A stretch of DNA of 64,000 nucleotides, taken from Dimorphilus gyrociliatus. Lineage: Eukaryota > Animalia > Annelida. The stretch covers positions 1,299,643 to 1,363,642 of the forward strand of contig CAJFCJ010000014.1 in assembly GCA_904063045.1 (NCBI GenBank). Direction: 5' to 3'. Shown here piece by piece: positions 1-11,800 of this stretch (position 1 is its first letter; every line of letters begins with the position of its first letter). The notes beneath the pieces were generated by a model that saw nothing but the letters and a program-made list of their open reading frames with translations, did not search any database and was not told the origin of the DNA. The position numbers and the translations under genes were made by a program.

Positions 1-175
1 TTGTGACAAGAGGGCATTATTTTTTTAAATGTTTTGCATGACTAGAAAAAAGAGGATAAAGCAGCACTGTTCTGCGCCCGAGAAATTACAAATTATCAAC
101 AAAAATTTAAAAATTAATTAATAAAAACATACATAGTCTATAGAAAAGATCGTAATAAACGAATTTTTGATGGCA

Positions 176-2523
176 TTATATATCGATAACCATTTTCTTA
201 TGTACATCCAAATTTCCAACAACCTATTTATGGAATAAAAACATTGAATTTTTAGTAAAACGTAAAGTATTAATTCCAACTAGTTTAAACTAAAAAGCGG
301 TAAAAAAAACCGAAACATTAGTTAAATCGAAATTAAAAGAGTTTCAACTTACTCCACAAAATTCTTCGAACGAAATTTTACCGTCTCCATCCGAGTCAGC
401 GTAAATAATAGTTTTGTCTACTATTTGCTGCAGTTGTGCATCTTTCAAATTCGAACCAACCATCATCTTAAGTACTTGAAATAATTCACCATTAGAGATA
501 TAGCCATCCTTATCCATATCATATATCTTAAAGGCAACTGTATAAACGGAAAGGGAGGGGAAAAAAGAATAGATTTTATTTCTTATCTGTTTAATGAACT
601 AAAAAAATATCTAAAAAAAATATCTAAAAATATACATATATACATATGTATAAAATATATATATATATATATATATAATTGCATAATATATGTTAATAGA
701 TAATAAATAAATAAAGTGCGTGTTAAACACTCACATCAGTCGACAAAATACTACTAATAAAATAAAAGTGCGTAATATAATCAGAATAGCTGGGAATTGT
801 AGGAAATCATTAAATGGGATTAAATTACTTTTTTTACGCTTTAAAGCAGCGTTAATAAAACTTTTGATAATTAAGAAAAAAAAATAAAGTGTATAATGTA
901 AAAACGTATAAAGCTACATGCTAATTTTTTGTTTGTTTTTCTAATATTGAATAACTAAAATCATTGATAAAAGCTATATATGAAAAAATAGATTTATCAT
1001 GCGGGTTATACCACCGCCACAAAAGAACCATAGATAGGCAGTCAGATTTTACTTCTGAAAAAAGATACCATACATTTCGACAAGTTTTACATAGGTAGTA
1101 ATGATTATTACGGATTATACTAATGCCGCTTAAAAGAAAGTTTTTGTTATATTTAATCTCTGCTAATACTAACATCTTAATTTGGATTCCTTGTCACCTT
1201 TAACCGAGAACTGTGACATTCCTTCTATGAATTCTGCAGATTTATATATTCATGCATTAGTATATACTTTTGAATGTTGTCAATAGTCAACTACCTTTAA
1301 AATCAACTTCACCATTGCCATCTGTATCGAAGATATCAATCACTCGCTGAACTAGCGGATTTTGCTGAAGCTCTGGTAATGACATAAACTCTTCTACACT
1401 CAAAGATCCAGAATTATCCAAATCTAACTTCTTAAATCGTTTTCCTAATCGTTTTATTTCATCTGGATCAACTGTAACGAAAAAATAAATGACTCAACCT
1501 TTTTCAATATTTTACCAGTTGCTTCGGGGAGGGCGTGACTTACATACAACGCCTCCTAAAGTTACTTGACTGTTAGCGTTTACTGTAGGCTCCATTGTGC
1601 TACTAAATGCCCGAGCGTTGCGCCTCTACTTATTTTTACCAGCGTTTAAATCGCCATTCGTAACTAAGGTATGCAAAATTAAGAGCAGGGGGCGCACCGT
1701 GTTCGAAATAAAGCTATTCAATCCAACTCTTATATTTCACGGTTAATCAATATTTATCCTTTGTATACAAATTATGCTATGCCAACATACGAAAATAAGA
1801 CCTTAAAGAGGTTGACGAAACGCTACTCATTTTTAAGTGCACAATCTTTAGACGCTCAAGAATCTGACAATAAATCAAGTTCAATACTTACACGTTGAGC
1901 AAAGTTCCAACGGTAATGAAATGTCGTTTCCCTGAAAATCGATGGTATAAGCATTTATAAAAACGATTGACAAATTTATATATTATTGTTATATCGTACA
2001 TGTATATTATGCATTTATGTATATGTATATAGATAGTTGTAGATACATAGTATACACGCATATAAGCACGCAATCTTTTTATATATTATCAAATAACTCA
2101 CAGGACATTGACTTCAAGAAATTCAATGTATTTAGCAAAAAACTATAATACTAAATAAATTGCCAATGCTACTTTGTAATATCAATTATAAAATACTCTA
2201 ATATATATATATATATATATGTATATAGTAGATCCTTCATTTGCATGTATACTAAATTTTTCCCATTCCTTAGATGTTTGTATCATTATTATAAAAATCT
2301 ATTTCTATTGCATTAATTCTAATTTATTGCCTATACGAATTATTATTATACAGTAAATGTTATTAAAGAACGGTTAGGAATTTCCAAATGATTCCTAATA
2401 AATGTACGCAAAACACCCAAACAATGTATAATGAATACATCATGAAAGATGAAGATGTCATTCTACAAAATATTGATATTATTTTCTAATTGGATCGTTG
2501 ATTTAACCATAATAACTAACCAT
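176..2523 (-). CDS. PPP3R1: Calcineurin subunit B (protein phosphatase 3 regulatory subunit), multi-exon
   Basis: Exons 2521-2523 (ATG then gttagt), 1892-1931, 1295-1471, 1174-1233, 353-537 and 176-223 splice in phase to [78 protein letters not shown]...[15 protein letters not shown]. This has four EF-hands and the ATG-only first exon typical of CnB. Missed by the ORF track. Confidence 0.95.
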
Positions 2524-2787
2524 TTCAAACTTTATACTATATTTCATTGCACAATTCTCTTAGATATTGAAAATACTAACCATCGTGCTGTTATTTTTAA
2601 AAAAAAAATTTTGCAAACAGACCAAATCTAGCGGAAATCCGGGAGCTTGACGGGGTCGGAAATTTTTTCGTAGCATTCATTTATTAAAAATATTTCATTT
2701 TATTTGCAAAAATAATATTCATTTTTATTTAATTAGAAAAATATAACAGTTATTTTTTTAATTTTCCGAAAAATAGTCGGTCCTTCC

Positions 2788-2829
2788 TATATAAATACCG
2801 GAAAGAGAAATACGAACTTCCTTTTTGCC
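2788..2829 (+). promoter_or_regulatory. TATA box and TCT/5'-TOP polypyrimidine initiator of eEF1-gamma
   Basis: TATATAAA at 2788-2795, about 29 nt upstream of CTTCCTTTTTGCC (2817-2829), just before ATG 2837. TOP starts are typical of translation-factor genes. Confidence 0.7.
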
Positions 2830-2836
2830 GGCGACA

Positions 2837-4739
2837 ATGTCTTGTGGTGTAAGTGTGCAGTTTATAACCTAAATCTTTATTTATCTCTCTTATTTTACTA
2901 CGTATATATATTTTTCTTTCCTTATATTACTATTTTAATTACAATCATTATTATTATCTATTTTCAGACGCTTTACACGTATCCAGAGAACTTCAGAGCT
3001 TTTAAGGCTCTTATTGCTGCTGAATATAGCGGATCTAAGATCACGCTTAAATCTGACTTCGTTTTCGGTGAAACAAATAAATCCGAAGCTTTCCTTAAGA
3101 AATTTCCTCTTGGAAAGGTACGATGTCAATTTCACGATATTTTTTAGACGTTTCATCATCATTACCATTCTTCCGTCATGAGTGACGAAAACTGAAATTC
3201 TGTTGTGCAATACAATTTATCTTAAACTAGGTTCCAGCTTTTGAAGGAAACGATGGAACGCTTTTGTTTGAGAGCAACGCCATAGCCTATTACGTAGCTA
3301 ACGAGCTTCTACGTGGCGCCAACGCTGCTGATGCCGCTAAAGTTCTACAATGGGTTAATTTCGCAGATAGCGAAATTCTTCCAGCAGCTTGTGACTGGAC
3401 TTTCCCATGCCTTGGGATAAAACAGTTCAACAAAACTGCAACCGATAGCGCTAAGCAAGTCATTAAAGCCGCTTTGTCGACTTTGAACTCTTACCTAGCC
3501 ACAAGAACATATTTGGTTGGAGAAAGAGTCACCTTAGCCGACATTAGCGTCGTCTGCAGCATGCTCCTTCTATACAAACTTGTAAGTATAAGTAACAAAT
3601 GCCCCTGGCTCTTGGAAGTTGATGAACTAGCCCTACACGTTCATTAGCATTTCATGCCAGGAATATTACAATTGCTAGTTTGGTCTACTGTTTAAACAAA
3701 ATTGTTTATTACGGTTAAGAAAACGTAATTACACTTCAGGTCTTGGACCCAGAATTCCGTCAACCATACCCCCATGTCAATAGATGGTTCACCACCTGCA
3801 TTAATCAACCAAGCTTTAAGAAAGTTTTGGGAAGCGTTGAATTGTGCACTAAGATGGCTCAATTTGATGCCAAAAAGTGGGCAGAATTCTCTGGCCAAGG
3901 ACAAAAGAAAGATAAACCGAAGAAGGAACAGGTACGACACACGTATATTTCGTAAAAATCATCGAACCTTATTAGAGTCACTGATATTGTGCAACTTTAA
4001 CAATATCGGTGCTAGAGGATTCGTAAATTAGTGTTCAGAATGCGCCAACTTGTATTTAATTACATTTTCGGTCACCTCAGCAATGCACAAATAAAATGTT
4101 AAATCATTTCAGAAACAAGAACCCAAGGCTGCTAAGCCCAAGGAAGCAGCAGCACCGGCAGCTGAACCAGAACCAGAGAAGAAGCCAGTCAACAAGGATC
4201 CCTTCTCAGTTTGTCCACCAACTAACTTCAACTTCGATGCTTTCAAGAAAGTCTACTCTAATGAAGACACCATCACAAAAGCCGTTCCCTACTTTTGGGA
4301 ACACTTTGAACCTGAAAATATGTCCATCTGGTATTGTGAATACAAATACCCTGAAGATCTAACAGCAGTCTTTATGAGCTGCAATCTCATCAGTGGTATG
4401 TTTCAACGTTTAGAGAAATTAAGAAAAGCAGCCTTTGGAACTGTACTCCTATTTGGAGAGGCTAACAATTCAACGATTTCTGGTATCTGGTTTTGGAGAG
4501 GACAGGACCTAGCCTTCCCAGTAAGTTTACCTACTATTCAAAATGTTTTTTCAAATTACACGATTTAAATGTCATTTTTTTAACAGCTCTGTCCTGATTG
4601 GACGACTGATTATGAAACATACGATTGGAAAAAATTAGACCCATCTTCCGAAGAAACTAAGAAGATGGTTCAAGAATATTTTGCTTGGGAGGGTGATTTT
4701 GGTGGTAAAAAATTCAACCAAGGAAGAGTCTATAAGTAA
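2837..4739 (+). CDS. EEF1G: Elongation factor 1-gamma (eEF1B gamma)
   Basis: Exons 2837-2848, 2968-3117, 3231-3581, 3740-3931, 4113-4520 and 4587-4739. GST-like N-terminus ([32 protein letters not shown]), then the C-terminal domain ([11 protein letters not shown]...[19 protein letters not shown]...YFAWEGDF...FNQGRVYK*). Confidence 0.97.
3604..3715 (+). ncRNA. Possible H/ACA snoRNA (or remnant) in EEF1G intron 3
   Basis: Stems CCTGGC(3604-3609)/GCCAGG(3656-3661) and GTTGATGAAC/GTTCATTAGC enclose an internal loop. ANANNA box ATATTA at 3663-3668 lies 14 nt after the upper stem. A second hairpin is present but has no well-placed ACA. Confidence 0.4.
3962..4092 (+). ncRNA. H/ACA box snoRNA candidate in EEF1G intron 4
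   Basis: 12-bp stem CACTGATATTGT(3979-3990)/ACAATATCGGTG(4000-4011), H box AAATTA (4025-4030), a second hairpin, and ACA at 4087-4089 followed by 3 nt. About 130 nt long, in a TOP host gene. Confidence 0.65.
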
Positions 4740-4878
4740 AAAACTAGGACGGTAAATGTTACTCGAATAAAAAATTATAAATTTAAGTCTGGTACGACTA
4801 TTTTCAATAAACCATTCAATGAAGATACTTAACTCATATCTTTGACTAGAGTATTATTTATTCAAGACAAATAATTTG

Positions 4879-7800
4879 TTATAATTTAATAGAAACTTTG
4901 TAGGCAAATATATCCATAGGATTCATGTTTTTTAAGTCAGCGGACTTCGGCGGAATTGCTCTGTAGTCTCTAATCATGGTTAGAGATGTGCTGGTCACTT
5001 TTATGATACCCTTAAACATTTTATATAAGTTAAAAGAGTTTTCTAAAACACAGTTTTTAGGAATTGAGCTTGATTCGCAGTCGTAGGGCACTTTTTGTAA
5101 AATCATTAGGCAAGTATTTGCGCTCTCTTTCCGCAAAGTAAGCAAATGTACATCGCAAGGAAGAGTCGCTTTAAGTAAGGAAGATGTAACTCTTGAATTT
5201 TCGGTAAAAGCAAATATTAAAGGTGGATTGTTTAAAAACAATGAAAGGTGTCTCAATAAGAGACTTGGCTGCGAGAGGGTTGGCTCAGCAGGTGCTTTGG
5301 TTTTTTCAAAAAAAATTGTAACATAAGTATTAGAGGGTCTCATATCCTCTACTCCTCCTCCTAAACCTTTGCCATCATCTTCTGTTGGAGATCTATCGAG
5401 CAAAATGTCAATCTGACCATTCTTAAGGGATGAAACTGCATGAGACTGTCCAAGGAGAACATTGAATCTCTTTCCCTCTGCGCTTTCTACAAAAGCAAAT
5501 TGGGTTGCAGGGAAGAAATTAGCTTGTAGGGGCAGTTGCGATATATTCATTCTTGGAACTGTATTGAATCCATTTAAGTCAGTAAAAAAATGACTTTTGT
5601 CATTGACAGGTTTAATGCTTGTTTCAAATCGAACGATAACTTCCCTATCACGCCTTTCAGTCAAGTCTATTTCATTATACAAGTGTATAGCTTTAGCTAT
5701 GTCAGATTGGATGTTAATTACACGGGACGAGAGAACTATTACGTCCTGGGAATGAATAACTTCAGATGTGACGGGTCCTCGAATGACGCTTATTATAGGA
5801 GTGGAAGATAGCCCATTTCCTGTTGCAGGTCCTTCAGCACCAAATAAATAAGCCCCACTCCCAGACGAAGTATAAGCTAAAACTTTAGTGTTCACTGGAT
5901 CGTCATTTATACTATTTAGGAGGCCGGATTCTGTAGAAAACTGTGCAGTTAAACTACTTCCCTTCAAAACTAAGGGTTCATTTTTTTCTAATTTATCTAA
6001 TTTGAAGGGTCCTTTGGGAATATTTGTTGAAAGGCTTGTTTCAATTGCTGATATACTAACTTTATTATCATTTATCAAAGAGAATGTACTAGTAGCTAAC
6101 GGCTTTAAAACAACCAAGCAAACAAGCTTAAATTCACTTGTACTAATTTGTTTTCCTCTCTTTCGCCATTTAGGATTTACCTGACATTTGACAACATCGT
6201 CTCCAATTAGATTAGAATGAATTTGTTTAAGATTAATTTCAATTATAGCATGTCGTTTATGCTCAATAGGGTTAAAGACAGCAACACTATAAGTAATTGG
6301 AAGGTCCATTGGCTGTTTGGAATGAGCCGCTTTTATTGAAGGATCAGGAAGTAAAGTAAATGAAGATTTTGAAGCTAATTGAGTTTGCATACAAATTTCA
6401 GCAACTTTTCTTAAAGCATTTAATCCACCTATCATACGGTGTCTATAGTCTTCTACTACATAACTTCTTGATGTACCTGTTATTGCATCATGATGCATAA
6501 ACAGACCCAAAGCTCTTCTACCCTTATTCATAAGAGATTGGGCCTTTGTAAAATTATGGTTTGTTAGTGCATAGAGAATCTCAGTGGCTCTTAAACGGTA
6601 CTCTAATACCTTACCCAGCCTTTTTAGCGCTGGTCTAGTAGTAAAGTAACCTGTCCAATAATTAAGAGGTTTATCTGCATAAGGGAAAAAATCACCGGAT
6701 AGTTTTTTTGCAGAATCTTTCATAAATTTCTTTTTTAATGATACATAATCTGCAACTGTACCAAATTTGGCTTTTACTTTCCAATCCTTTTTGGAATTGA
6801 TATATTCAAATAACATCATATAATTATTATATTGTTGCGGCCACTCCAACGGCCTGTCATATCGAAAATCGTCACCCAAAGGAACGATTACAACTGCTGG
6901 ATCAGTGCCAGCTGCGGCAATAACCGCTTTTTGTGACCATTGATCAACCAGCTTAGTAGCAAGTGACACTATATTTTTATCCGTTACTGGTTCAGCTCTA
7001 GATTCACTTATTTCACCTTGAATTTGACGAAAATCAAAATAAAGGCATGTATCTGTTGAAGGTCCACATGTATGTTTGATATTATACAACGTATACGGCA
7101 TCATATGTGTTGGCATGTCATATTTCCCAGTAGAGTCCCAAGCCTGATGCCAATCAAAATGCAAAGCTCCTTTATCTTCGATTGCGCGTTTGACGCCAGA
7201 GTGAACTCGTAGAATGACCATATGCTCGTATCCAGCAAGTTTATAGATATATGGATGGGTGTCTGAATATCCAAATGGATCAAGAGCCCAACTATTTTTA
7301 GGCGTATATTTTAGATATTTTCTCAGCCAGGAATGACCCTCAACCATTTGATTTATAAGACCATAAAGAGAGGGAGTAGCCTGATCAGGAACAACCCAAC
7401 CTCCTTCAACAATTTCTAAACGTCCCGATTCCAAATGTTTTTGTATTTTCGCTAGATTTTTTGGTTCAGTTCTTCCTGACCATGCATTTAAAAATGAAGT
7501 TTCAGCCCAAACAAATGTCATATTTGGTAATCTTTCCAGTTCTATAGCAACATTTTGTAAAGTCTGATAAGTTTGATCTAGGACATATTCGTCAAATGTC
7601 TTTAGCCATCCAGGATCAGAATGAGAATGAGGTATAACTACTACATGTAATTCCCTTGCGCCTAATGTATATGTCTGAGAAGGTTCGTTTACAGTTAATC
7701 TTTGAGATTGCAGTTTTGCAACCGTCTGCCAAATATCTCTAACATTAATATCACTTTTAGTATGACCAAGTTTTTTGCAAACGAGATCTTTCTTTTGTAA

Positions 7801-7977
7801 TTTTGCAGTTGTAATCAACTTGGAGAGTGTAACTTTATTTATTTTTTCACTATTAACATTCTGAATATGAATTGGAGATCTATTCAAAATCCTTTCCTTC
7901 TTATTAAAAAGAGTATACAATAAAAATCCAATTAAAACAAGGCAGCAAACCACTATAAATCTCCTAGCACATTTCAT
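4879..7977 (-). CDS. MAN2A1: Golgi alpha-mannosidase II family (GH38), type II membrane protein, intronless CDS
   Basis: Single ORF. Likely start MKCARRF at 7977, followed by a transmembrane segment. Zn ligands PHSHSDPGW, nucleophile WALDPFG, acid/base GDDFRY and HHDAITGT are all present. MAN2A1 versus MAN2A2 orthology is not resolvable. Confidence 0.92.
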   Translation of the reverse strand: MKCARRFIVVCCLVLIGFLLYTLFNKKERILNRSPIHIQNVNSEKINKVTLSKLITTAKLQKKDLVCKKLGHTKSDINVRDIWQTVAKLQSQRLTVNEPSQTYTLGARELHVVVIPHSHSDPGWLKTFDEYVLDQTYQTLQNVAIELERLPNMTFVWAETSFLNAWSGRTEPKNLAKIQKHLESGRLEIVEGGWVVPDQATPSLYGLINQMVEGHSWLRKYLKYTPKNSWALDPFGYSDTHPYIYKLAGYEHMVILRVHSGVKRAIEDKGALHFDWHQAWDSTGKYDMPTHMMPYTLYNIKHTCGPSTDTCLYFDFRQIQGEISESRAEPVTDKNIVSLATKLVDQWSQKAVIAAAGTDPAVVIVPLGDDFRYDRPLEWPQQYNNYMMLFEYINSKKDWKVKAKFGTVADYVSLKKKFMKDSAKKLSGDFFPYADKPLNYWTGYFTTRPALKRLGKVLEYRLRATEILYALTNHNFTKAQSLMNKGRRALGLFMHHDAITGTSRSYVVEDYRHRMIGGLNALRKVAEICMQTQLASKSSFTLLPDPSIKAAHSKQPMDLPITYSVAVFNPIEHKRHAIIEINLKQIHSNLIGDDVVKCQVNPKWRKRGKQISTSEFKLVCLVVLKPLATSTFSLINDNKVSISAIETSLSTNIPKGPFKLDKLEKNEPLVLKGSSLTAQFSTESGLLNSINDDPVNTKVLAYTSSGSGAYLFGAEGPATGNGLSSTPIISVIRGPVTSEVIHSQDVIVLSSRVINIQSDIAKAIHLYNEIDLTERRDREVIVRFETSIKPVNDKSHFFTDLNGFNTVPRMNISQLPLQANFFPATQFAFVESAEGKRFNVLLGQSHAVSSLKNGQIDILLDRSPTEDDGKGLGGGVEDMRPSNTYVTIFFEKTKAPAEPTLSQPSLLLRHLSLFLNNPPLIFAFTENSRVTSSLLKATLPCDVHLLTLRKESANTCLMILQKVPYDCESSSIPKNCVLENSFNLYKMFKGIIKVTSTSLTMIRDYRAIPPKSADLKNMNPMDIFAYKVSIKL

Positions 7978-8887
7978 TCCTGCAGCTGTAGCTCCTACAA
8001 ATGAAAAATAGGGCAATAAAATTAAACGATTTAGTCCATTTGCATTGTCACACGTGTCCCAATGGCCAATATTTTTACCAATTCTTAACATGTACGCTTT
8101 TAAGACTAAACAACGTTACCTAAGCATTGATCGGACAAATATAATATTAAACTATTAGTTTACTTTCTATGTCTGTTTAAAAAAATAGTAGGCGTATTGG
8201 CAAAGATGCAATTGCAAAAACGTTATAATCTCAACAAATATGCAAATCGTATCATTTAATCGTAACAATTGAAATACTTACTCAAACTTTCTATAAAAAA
8301 GTAAGTGAATTAATTTAGAAAAATTTGTATTGCGATCAACTGCATTGTTGCTTTTGTTGTCAATGCTGTTCTGGAATCAAAATTAAGATGTGTAAAGATA
8401 GCTTTCAGCCTATTGTGCGCATGCGTACAATTGAGTTTTAAGAGAATGCGGATATGACCTAACACTATATTAAAATGGCCTCCAACAAAACAGCGTGACA
8501 TACCGGTGTCGTCTGCTAAGGGGTGGTCTATTTGTTAGATTTCAAAAGTTCAATGCTTAGCTGATAGATAAACTTGACCTCGAGTTTCTTCTAATTTAAT
8601 AGATAATGGCAAAGTTTAAATTAATATTTTTACTGATATTGTTATACAGATATCCATATATTAGTTTGACTATAGAGTTTATATTTTTATTGCATTCTTA
8701 AGTTTATTCTACTATGTAAATATATACATAGTATAATTTATATATATTAAATATTAACATTCAAACTAATATATTAATCCGTATAAACTGTAGTCATATA
8801 TTCAAACCTACTCTTATGAAAGAGAAAATCAATTTTTGTACATATATTTGAACAAATATATGCATACAATCGAAAAAGTAACACTTT

Positions 8888-11800
8888 TTATAATGAAATT
8901 TTATGAGAATCTGGATTGTAATTTCCCATCAAGTATGAAACGATATAGTCTGTTTTCAATATAGTTTCTGCTCGAATGGAGTTTAAGAGTTTCTTGTCAT
9001 TTTTTTTGGACCCATCAACGAAACAATGTGAAACTTTTTTCGCTGCTACTTTTGGATCTTTTAAGAAAGCTATAGTTGCGCCTCCAGATGCAAGAATCTT
9101 TCGAAATCCTTCAACTTTATCCCTGTTTGCCAAAATACCAACCGTCCAAGATTGAAAAGGTAGTGGTTCTCCCGCTTTGATTTTAATTCTCCAATGTCGA
9201 CTCCATTTTGCTAACTGTTCAGTTTGCGGGTTACCTGTTGATATGTCCGCCTTAAAACTATTCGCCCATTCGTAAGATTCTTCAGGAAGCCATTGATTAT
9301 GTTCGTAACTTGAGCTAATGTATTCGGGTTTCAATATCCATTTGCCAGCCGCAATCGCTGATAAGATTTTCTCATTTCGAATTAAAGTTTTACAGACCAT
9401 GTGTGTGCAGCTGTCATCATAGCCATTGCTCTTCAAAATTTCACAATTCTTGAAACTTATAATCATTTCGGTTGCGGCCAACCTATCATTATCGTTAAAA
9501 CCAGATAAAATAAAAACTTTCTTTTCGGCATGAACAAAATCTGATTGTTGAGATGGTTCGTCATGCCAACGAACATCTCCTCTCTGAGATTGGGATTCAG
9601 TTTGTTGAGTTTGAGTGAAAGAAGCAAGACCACAAAATGAACCTTTACTTGGAACGTCAAGATTCATTCGATTGTCATCTAATTCCATTAAAGCTTGAAT
9701 ATCTGATTCAATCTTTTCGTCCTCTGCAGAACTTTCTCTAATTAACTTTGGTAAAAAATTTTCTTCGTCGAGAAGTTTATTATTTTCAGCACAAGAATCC
9801 AACCAGTTTGCAGTTACAACTTTTCGACCTAAGCTGATTTCAGAATCTAATTCACTTTTCAAGATTTTATCACATACCAAGTGTGTAATTCTTTCGTCGT
9901 CAACATCCCAACGATATTCTGCGCCTAGTTTGTCAGCCAACTCGTTCAATCGAGTTTGCTTGTCTGCAAGTTTTGTCGATACACCTATAACAACACCATC
10001 TAGAGGAGAGATCTTTTTCCGTTTAATGGCGGGAGTCATTCCCCTAGGAGAGGCTTTCTCTTTTGAGTGTTTCAAAGCAGCCTCGATACCTTTCGAACAT
10101 TCCTCCATTAAATCTCCACTTTGCCTTGGCCGTTTTCTTTCGTTCGGAGTACTTTTCAACAGGCCTTCATCAATTGTTATCCTAGGTTTAAAAGATTTGT
10201 CAGGATTTAAAAATACAGAAGGTGAATCAATGTAATCGGGCTTAGTAGGCAAAGAAGGCTGAGGGGGAATGTCTTCGGTTTCATCAATATCTTCTTTCTC
10301 CTGTTCATCAGAAATTTCGCCATCGTCAAATGTCTCAATATCGTATTCTTCTTCAGATACTCGTTCCAAATTTACAAAGCAGGCTTTTAACCAAGAAATT
10401 TTAAGAGCATGACGTTTCCAACGTCGAGCTGCTTCAAATTTTGGGCCAGAAGCTTCAACTAATATTAAATGAGTTGTCGCCAATAACTCCTTTCGATTTT
10501 TTCGACATAGTTGTTCTTGAACACATGCTCCTAATGCTGTTGCTATTCTAATAAGAGATTGTCGCTCTTCTCCTTGGAAACCAGAGAAACAAAGTACACA
10601 TTTCTTTAGAGGTTCCCCATGAGCATATGGTAAAGGTTTGCAAATAAAAGAAGGCTTGACTAAAGAATTTCTTTCGAGGCATAATTTAATCCAAGTTTCT
10701 GTAACTACTTTTCCTGAAGAAACCTCATATGTTCCTTCATTTGGAACAATCAGGTAGTCAGGGTTTTCATCAACGACTTCACCTTTGTTTTCTTGAATTA
10801 CTGCAGAAAAAACTTCTCTATCATCAAGATTTTCATTAACTTTAAATTTTAAATTAGCAAATATTGTGTTATTTTGCTGGCTAACTTCAAAAGACTCGTC
10901 ATTCGTTGTTACTTGATCGGTTGTCTCTGAGGTTTGATTCGAATGTGAATTTTCCTCCTCAATAAAAGTCGTCTTTTCATTTCCTCGCATATTTTCCTTT
11001 TCTATATCGGCTGCTACTTTTTCCATTGTGCTATCTCCCATATACTGAGAATAAAGGTCTGCATTTTCGATATTTTCTCCATGTACCCCTGTAGTTTCAA
11101 GACACTGTGCAGCTTTAGGAGTTTCCGTCGTAGTCTTGGAATGGGTTTTATTGAGCGAATCATTTTTATTCGCAAAGGTATATTCAGATGTACGAAGCAT
11201 CTTTCTGTCTTTAGCACAATCAATTAACCACTGCTGTGATACAACAACGGCGTTTTTATTTTCATAATCCTTTGCGTCATTAGCACTTCCCACCACAACA
11301 TGGGTAACTGAATCAGAGTATATATTAACCCTTACAGCTCCACAAACGTTGATTAACTTTTTCAGATTAAGTAACGAATCTGCATTAAATCCGTGTAAGA
11401 GAATGACACAGCCATCCAAGTAATCTCCGGATTTAAAATTGGTTATATCCAGTATCGTGTCTTGTATAGATGACACATTTGAAACCATGCTAACTTCAGG
11501 GCCCGAAAAATTCGTAGTGGATGTATTAGGTGTTGAAGTTTTTCGTGCTGAGCTTGTATTCGATACAACTTTATATTGATTTTCATCTCTTGCTTGTTTT
11601 TTATCATAACAGTCATTCAACCAATCTAAATTAACAATTGGTATTTGCCAACGTACTGCGTATTCATATTTTTGACCTCCTGGTTGGTTAACAATTAAAT
11701 GTGTACATGAAGCTTGTTGCATTGATCCTGAAAAATTTCCTCCAAGCTCTTCCACTTTAGTTTTTACCATACTCCGAACACTTGATCCGTATCCAGAGAC

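Noticed and set aside
921-1175. 84-aa ORF and possible extra exon in a CnB intron
   Set aside because: No homology pattern; splicing in at the apparent acceptor gives an immediate stop, and the donor is weak.
3125-3200. C/D snoRNA-like segment in EEF1G intron 2 (GTGACGA, CTGA, terminal AATT stem)
   Set aside because: The C box position reads ACGATAT, a poor match, and I recognised no rRNA-complementary guide.
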